Shown here one piece after another: positions 36,087-41,899 of a stretch of 41,899 bases of DNA (positions are counted from its first letter, which is position 1; each line of letters begins with the position of its first letter). Below the pieces are notes generated by a model. The model saw only the letters and a list, made by a program, of their open reading frames with translations. It was not told the origin of the DNA and did no database searches. The DNA comes from Octopus bimaculoides (taxonomy: Eukaryota), in the NCBI RefSeq assembly GCF_001194135.2, contig NC_068990.1, positions 41,026,775 to 41,068,673 on the forward strand, given 5' to 3'. The position numbers and the translations under genes were made by a program.

Positions 36087-37104
36087 TCAGGTCATCCCAT
36101 AAGTTCTGTCCAATTTTACATTTTTTTAAATTGAATGAAATTTAATAGGATTTTAGAATGTCTAATGGAATTAAAAATTATTTTTATGCATTTGTGTACA
36201 TTTAAACTAATCAAATATTATTTTACAGAATAATAGAATTAAAATTTCTTTGAGTAAAACCTTTTCTAACATGGAAGTATCCAAAGAGCATTTAAGGTAC
36301 ATTATGCTTTATGAGTACGAAAAAGGAAACTCTGCAGCCGAAGCAACTCGAAACATACACTCAGTTTATGGGAAAGAGTGCTTGAATGAAAGAACTTGCA
36401 GAAGATGGTTTGCAAAATTGAGAAGGGGAGATTTCAGCCTTGCAGATGAAGATCGAACAGGACGTCCACTTCAGTTTGAGGATAAACTCATTGGGGTATT
36501 ACTAGAAGGAAATCCTGCATTATCAGTTGAAAAATTGGCAATAAAGCTTAGTTCAAACCATACAACTATTCATCGTCATCTTCAACAACTTGGAAAGGTT
36601 TCTAAACTTGAAAAATGGGTGCCTTATCAACTGTCGGAAAGCAACCGCAAATCCCGAGTTGACATCTGCTCTTCTCTCCATTCTCGCGAACTCATTTCAC
36701 CCTTTTTGGATAGACTTGTGACAGGTGACGGAAAATGGATCTTCTATCGAAATGTTAAACTTCGTAAACAGTGGCTTGATAAAAGAGAAAAAGCTCAACC
36801 ACAACCGAGAAGGGAACTTCATGGAAAAAAGGTTCTTCTCTCTATCTGGTGGGATTGCAAAGAAGAAATTCACTTTGAATTGTTACTACCTAATGCAACA
36901 ATCAATGCTCAAGTCTACTGTCAGCAATTAGAGGGTTTGAATCAAGCTTTGAAGAAAAAATGACCCGCTTTAGTGAATCGAAAAGGAGTGTGCGCGACTC
37001 CACACTGCAAAGATCACATTACAGAAGATCGAAGAGCTTGGTTGGAAAAAAATTCCTCATCCACCTTATTCTCCCGACCTTGCTCCTTCAGACTACCATT
37101 TGTT
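36087..37104 (+). mobile_element. Mariner (DD34D-type) transposon, left end to assembly gap
   Basis: TIR-like TCAGGTCATCCCATAAGTTCTGTCC at ~36087 and the transposase below. The right end falls in the gap 37105-37843. Confidence 0.9.
36271..37104 (+). pseudogene. Mariner transposase (Hsmar1/Mos1-like), disrupted
   Basis: ATG at 36271; HTH region, RTGRP, WVPYQL, PFLDRLVTGDGKW. Premature TGA at 36961-63, then PALVNRKGV, a frameshifting deletion removing the HDN motif, then ARLHTAK..GWKKIPHPPYSPDLAPSDYHL. Confidence 0.95.
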
Positions 37105-38103
37105 NNNNNNNNNNNNNNNNNNNNNNNNNNNNNNNNNNNNNNNNNNNNNNNNNNNNNNNNNNNNNNNNNNNNNNNNNNNNNNNNNNNNNNNNNNNNNNNN
37201 NNNNNNNNNNNNNNNNNNNNNNNNNNNNNNNNNNNNNNNNNNNNNNNNNNNNNNNNNNNNNNNNNNNNNNNNNNNNNNNNNNNNNNNNNNNNNNNNNNNN
37301 NNNNNNNNNNNNNNNNNNNNNNNNNNNNNNNNNNNNNNNNNNNNNNNNNNNNNNNNNNNNNNNNNNNNNNNNNNNNNNNNNNNNNNNNNNNNNNNNNNNN
37401 NNNNNNNNNNNNNNNNNNNNNNNNNNNNNNNNNNNNNNNNNNNNNNNNNNNNNNNNNNNNNNNNNNNNNNNNNNNNNNNNNNNNNNNNNNNNNNNNNNNN
37501 NNNNNNNNNNNNNNNNNNNNNNNNNNNNNNNNNNNNNNNNNNNNNNNNNNNNNNNNNNNNNNNNNNNNNNNNNNNNNNNNNNNNNNNNNNNNNNNNNNNN
37601 NNNNNNNNNNNNNNNNNNNNNNNNNNNNNNNNNNNNNNNNNNNNNNNNNNNNNNNNNNNNNNNNNNNNNNNNNNNNNNNNNNNNNNNNNNNNNNNNNNNN
37701 NNNNNNNNNNNNNNNNNNNNNNNNNNNNNNNNNNNNNNNNNNNNNNNNNNNNNNNNNNNNNNNNNNNNNNNNNNNNNNNNNNNNNNNNNNNNNNNNNNNN
37801 NNNNNNNNNNNNNNNNNNNNNNNNNNNNNNNNNNNNNNNNNNNNGTTTAGCTGAAACAACAGTGGCCATATTGCAAGAGTATTAATAAATACATTTAGGA
37901 AAATACTAAATTTCCTGGTTGTCATCAGATTTTTGAGCAGGATTGAAGAAACGATGAAGATGGATTTCTATTAACAGTTAGTGATAGTTGAGTCAATCTG
38001 TGCTGTCTGTAGTTCGCATCTTTGTGCTGATACTACTTCATAAGAGTAATCATGATAATTAACTTTTATAATGACCCTATCCATACGGATGAATATAACA
38101 CGG

Positions 38104-38155
<52 letters not shown>
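38104..38155. repeat. (GTA)n microsatellite
   Basis: Direct reading. Confidence 0.95.
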
Positions 38156-38435
38156 CAGTAGCAGCAAGAGTAGTAACAGCAGTAGCAGCAGTAAGAACAT
38201 CACTATAAGAATATAGAGCAGTGATGTATAAATTGCCAAATGTTTCGCTACGTTGCAGAATTCAGTTCTGCGAGAATGGTATGATGTGTTCTATGTTCTG
38301 GTGGCTCAGCACCAACAGGGAAAGTTTACGGTGCTGTTTTACGAACCCTGGGTACTATAGGTTTCACCCAACACTATCATAAATTGTAGAATACATTCGA
38401 TGGAAATTTGAACAAGTTTACCTAAGTTTACCTAA

Positions 38436-38879
38436 GGCGTAGGAGTGGCTGTGTGGTAAGTAGCTTGCTTACCAGCCACATGATTCCGGGTTCATTCCCA
38501 CTGCGTGGCACCTTGGGCAAGTGTCTTCTACTACAGCCTCGGGCCGACCAAAGCCTTGTGAGTGGATTTGGTAGACGGAAACTGAAAGTAGCCTGTTGTA
38601 TATATATATATATATATNNNNNNNNNNNNNNNNNNNNNNNNNNNNNNNNNNNNNNNNNNNNNNNNNNNNNNNNNNNNNNNNNNNNNNNNNNNNNNNNNNN
38701 NNNNNNNNNNNNNNNNNNNNNNNNNNNNNNNNNNNNNNNNNNNNNNNNNNNNNNNNNNNNNNNNNNNNNNNNNNNNNNNNNNNNNNNNNNNNNNNNNNNN
38801 NNNNNNNNNNNNNNNNNNNNNNNNNNNNNNNNNNNNNNNNNNNNNNNNNNNNNNNNNNNNNNNNNNNNNNNNNNNNNNN

Positions 38880-38929
<50 letters not shown>

Positions 38930-39129
38930 TGTGTTTGTCCCCCCAACATCGCTTGATAACCGATGGTGGTGTGTTTACTTCCCCGTAACTTAGCGGTTGG
39001 CAAAAGAGACCGATAGAATACGTACTAGGCATCCAAAGAATAAGTCCTGGGGTCGATTTTCTCGAATAAAGTCGGTGCTCTAGCATGGCCGCAGTCAAAT
39101 GCCTGAAACAAGTAAAAGAGTAAAAGAGT
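38436..39129 (+). mobile_element. Composite SINE family C, full length, with internal (TA)n...(TG)n tract broken by a gap
   Basis: tRNA-like head (TGGCTGTGTGG...GGGTTCATTCCC), CORE-like GGCACCTTGGGCAAGTGTCTT, internal repeat with gap 38618-38879, 3' body ending (GTAAAAGA)n. Confidence 0.88.
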
Positions 39130-39399
39130 AACTATAGGATTTGCAAACTGTTTTAGTAACTATAAAAGGGCAATAGTAGCAGTAACAACAACAACAACAA
39201 CAATATCAGCAGCACCAGTAGCCGTAGTAGCAGCAGCAACAATAAGAAAAGCAAAATGAACAAAAGCAAAAGCGGCGACGTCATGAACAGCAGCAAAATA
39301 CAGCATTCAATGAAACCATTGGCCGCAAAATATGGCTTAAGTAGGTTACGTTTTCTCTCCTTTTTCCTGATGATCAGCCTTTTTTTCATTCATCTGCAT

Positions 39400-39481
39400 C
39401 GCCATCATCATCATCATCGTCACAATATTACCACCCCCACCACCACCACCACTACGACCACCAAAAACATGAACAACGACA

Positions 39482-39512
<31 letters not shown>

Positions 39513-39590
39513 CTTCTTCTTCTTCCACCACCACCACCACCACCACCACCAAAAACATCAACAACGACAACATCTTCTTCTTCTTCTTCT
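39400..39590. repeat. Compound trinucleotide low-complexity tract (CAT/ACC/AAC/CTT/CAC)
   Basis: Direct reading; explains the poly-H/T/F/E ORFs in the track. Confidence 0.9.
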
Positions 39591-41756
39591 TTATCCACTT
39601 CAGTCCTTTATTCATTCAACCCCCTAATATTCTCACCCTTCTAAATTCTATAAAATTATTCAAGTTTTCCACTTGACCGATTCCGACAGGATTTTACGAT
39701 TAGAATTCTCTACATGTCACTGTTGACACAGGTCTCCCTTTCTCCGTCTCTTCTCCCACCTCACTCTCCCTCCCCCTCTCTCTCACTCTTACTCCAATCA
39801 CAGAGTCATGTGGAGCAGGTGGTAACGGTATAGTGCTGCCAATGTTGGTTTTGTAACTTTTACTGTTGTTGCAGCAACTAATGATGATGACGGTAGTAAT
39901 GATACTGCTTCTGCTCTGGCTGCTACTGCTGCTGCTGGTTAAAATGGTGATGATAATGCGATGTTTGTCCACATTCTTCATTTTATTATTGCTGTCCTCA
40001 TCCCTATTGTTAACCATGTTGTAGTAGTTGTTCATATGAAGTAGTTATATTGTGTGAAATCGTCTGTATTGTTTTCCTCATTAATTTTGTTACTGTTGTT
40101 GCTTTTGTTGTTGTACCATAAGAAAGACGGAGAAAAGTGGGAGGAAAAAAATTCAAGATCTGAATGTTTGACCCAGTTTCTGTCTTTTTTATTCAAAACA
40201 TTATACTTGACTTCTTTGCTAAACACTCAGAAAGGTATGAATGTCACAAGGTCCCGTTTTCTTTTGTCATAATAAAAATTGTATGTCTATGCATTGACAA
40301 AGGCTATAAATACGATGAGCTCTTCTGTCGTCATCGAGGTATGAGTACTCAATAAGAGTCGGATCTCATTCGATTTTCTCAAAGCTATGATGCAAACTGA
40401 GACGATTAAATTTTGTGATGGAAACGATCGTTTGTCTAAATTTTAAACACTGGTAATATGCGAAGATATTTTATATCAATACGTATTGTTTCAAGTTGTT
40501 TATTTTACTATTGACTCGAGTCCGAATTCGACAAACCATACTGATTTTCTATTGAAGATGATTTCCTTCACTATGAGCGCTAATATCAATTGGAAAGGCA
40601 TGTATGTCACAACAACTAGTTCAGTTTCATCCAGTATGTGAGTGGACAGAGACATACTGTATATAAATGGAGTGACATTCAAGGTTAGATATAATATATT
40701 TTCCGACATACAAGTCGAATTTTTCAGACCAGAATTTTCAGCGCAAAATGGTAAGTCGACTTATAAGCCCAAAAATCCATATGAAATGCTGTAGGATATG
40801 GAAAAATAGTGATGATATTCCAATATTTACACTACATGTTTCCACTGTGCTACGTCGACTTGTATTCAGAAAATATTTATATAAATTTCAAACAAAGAAA
40901 TTGAGATATTTGGTAGCCTCGTCGTTACAAAGAGTTGACCATGCCGTTACTGGATCATATTTACATTGGATAAAATTTAATTCTTGTTTTAGAATGCAAT
41001 AGTTATCTCATAAAAATTCACTACTATTAAATATCATAATTAACTTTCATATTACTGTACACCTATGTTTACTTCGTTATTTAAGTTCCACAATAATTTG
41101 TAATTTAACGGTCATAAAAATTATATGTCCCATAGTTATAAAGTCATAAAAAAGTAAAACTTCAGTTGAAAAGAGTGTTTTGATAAATCAATACAATGTA
41201 TACTGGTTTTATGAAGTTTCTTTCAGAATACAGGAAGTTGAGACTAAATATATGAATAACACACACTCTAAAACATACTCACAACATCCTACCCACACAA
41301 ACCTACACGTATTTACACGATTCTGTAGATTTCCATCTACATATGTAATTTTGCGCAGGTGCTTTTTTTTAGTATTTTATTTTTCACTATTTTTAAATAT
41401 TTTATATACAATGATTGATATAATTGTTATGATCGTTAAATTGAAAATTATTATAAACCATAAAAAAGTGATATCTATGTTTATAGCCAAACAAATTAAT
41501 AGTGCTATTAGTGTGGTATTGCAGTAAAACTATTATGTGATAGATGAAATATATATTAAGAAGTAAATTTTGAACGCATATTGAGACTAGTTAGAGGTCA
41601 AACTAAGCAGTCTGTAGTCTGTCTGGTTTGGTTAGAATCTACAACTTTTGAGAAAACGTCTAGACTTATATGCATACTTATACATACTTATATTCAAACA
41701 CACATATGTATATACTGAATATTCATACATATCATGTATATATACATACACAAATG

Positions 41757-41809
<53 letters not shown>

Positions 41810-41899
41810 CATTGACAACTAAGTTCCCACGGTTTTTTTTATTCAAATTTTTTTAAATGTTTAATAAAAAATAACAGCTAATTAATCAATAATGTATCC

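Noticed and set aside
38415-38435. AAGTTTACCT tandem 10-mer before SINE C as a TSD
   Set aside because: Both copies are on the same side of the element; no matching copy follows its 3' end.
40295-40350. TATA-like CTATAAATA followed by GAG|GTATGA as a promoter plus first exon
   Set aside because: Both motifs are common in AT-rich DNA, and no downstream coding exon supports them.

Overview
Eukaryotic, AT-rich, repeat-dominated intergenic or intronic DNA with many N gaps, most flanked by dinucleotide runs, chiefly (TA)n. The microsatellite density and SINE repertoire resemble octopod cephalopod (Octopus-like) DNA; this is an inference from repeat content only. I can support no intact host protein-coding gene, and nearly all ORFs in the supplied track are microsatellite or N-gap artefacts. 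The real content is: (i) at least four tRNA-derived SINE families, three copies with exact 11-15 bp target-site duplications; (ii) three Tc1/mariner transposase relics, one with DD36E spacing and a right TIR; (iii) a decayed Penelope-like GIY-YIG endonuclease region; (iv) a 34-bp minisatellite, two ~135-150 bp repeat pairs and many simple repeats. The most interesting signal is a short non-coding repeat that joins a tRNA-like Pol III head to a minimal type I hammerhead ribozyme. It occurs three times: intact at 13618-13663, core-deleted in an adjacent inverted copy, and core-mutated at ~34.96 kb. A second, degenerate hammerhead of different sequence lies at 33311-33345 (minus). All folds and alignments were done by eye.
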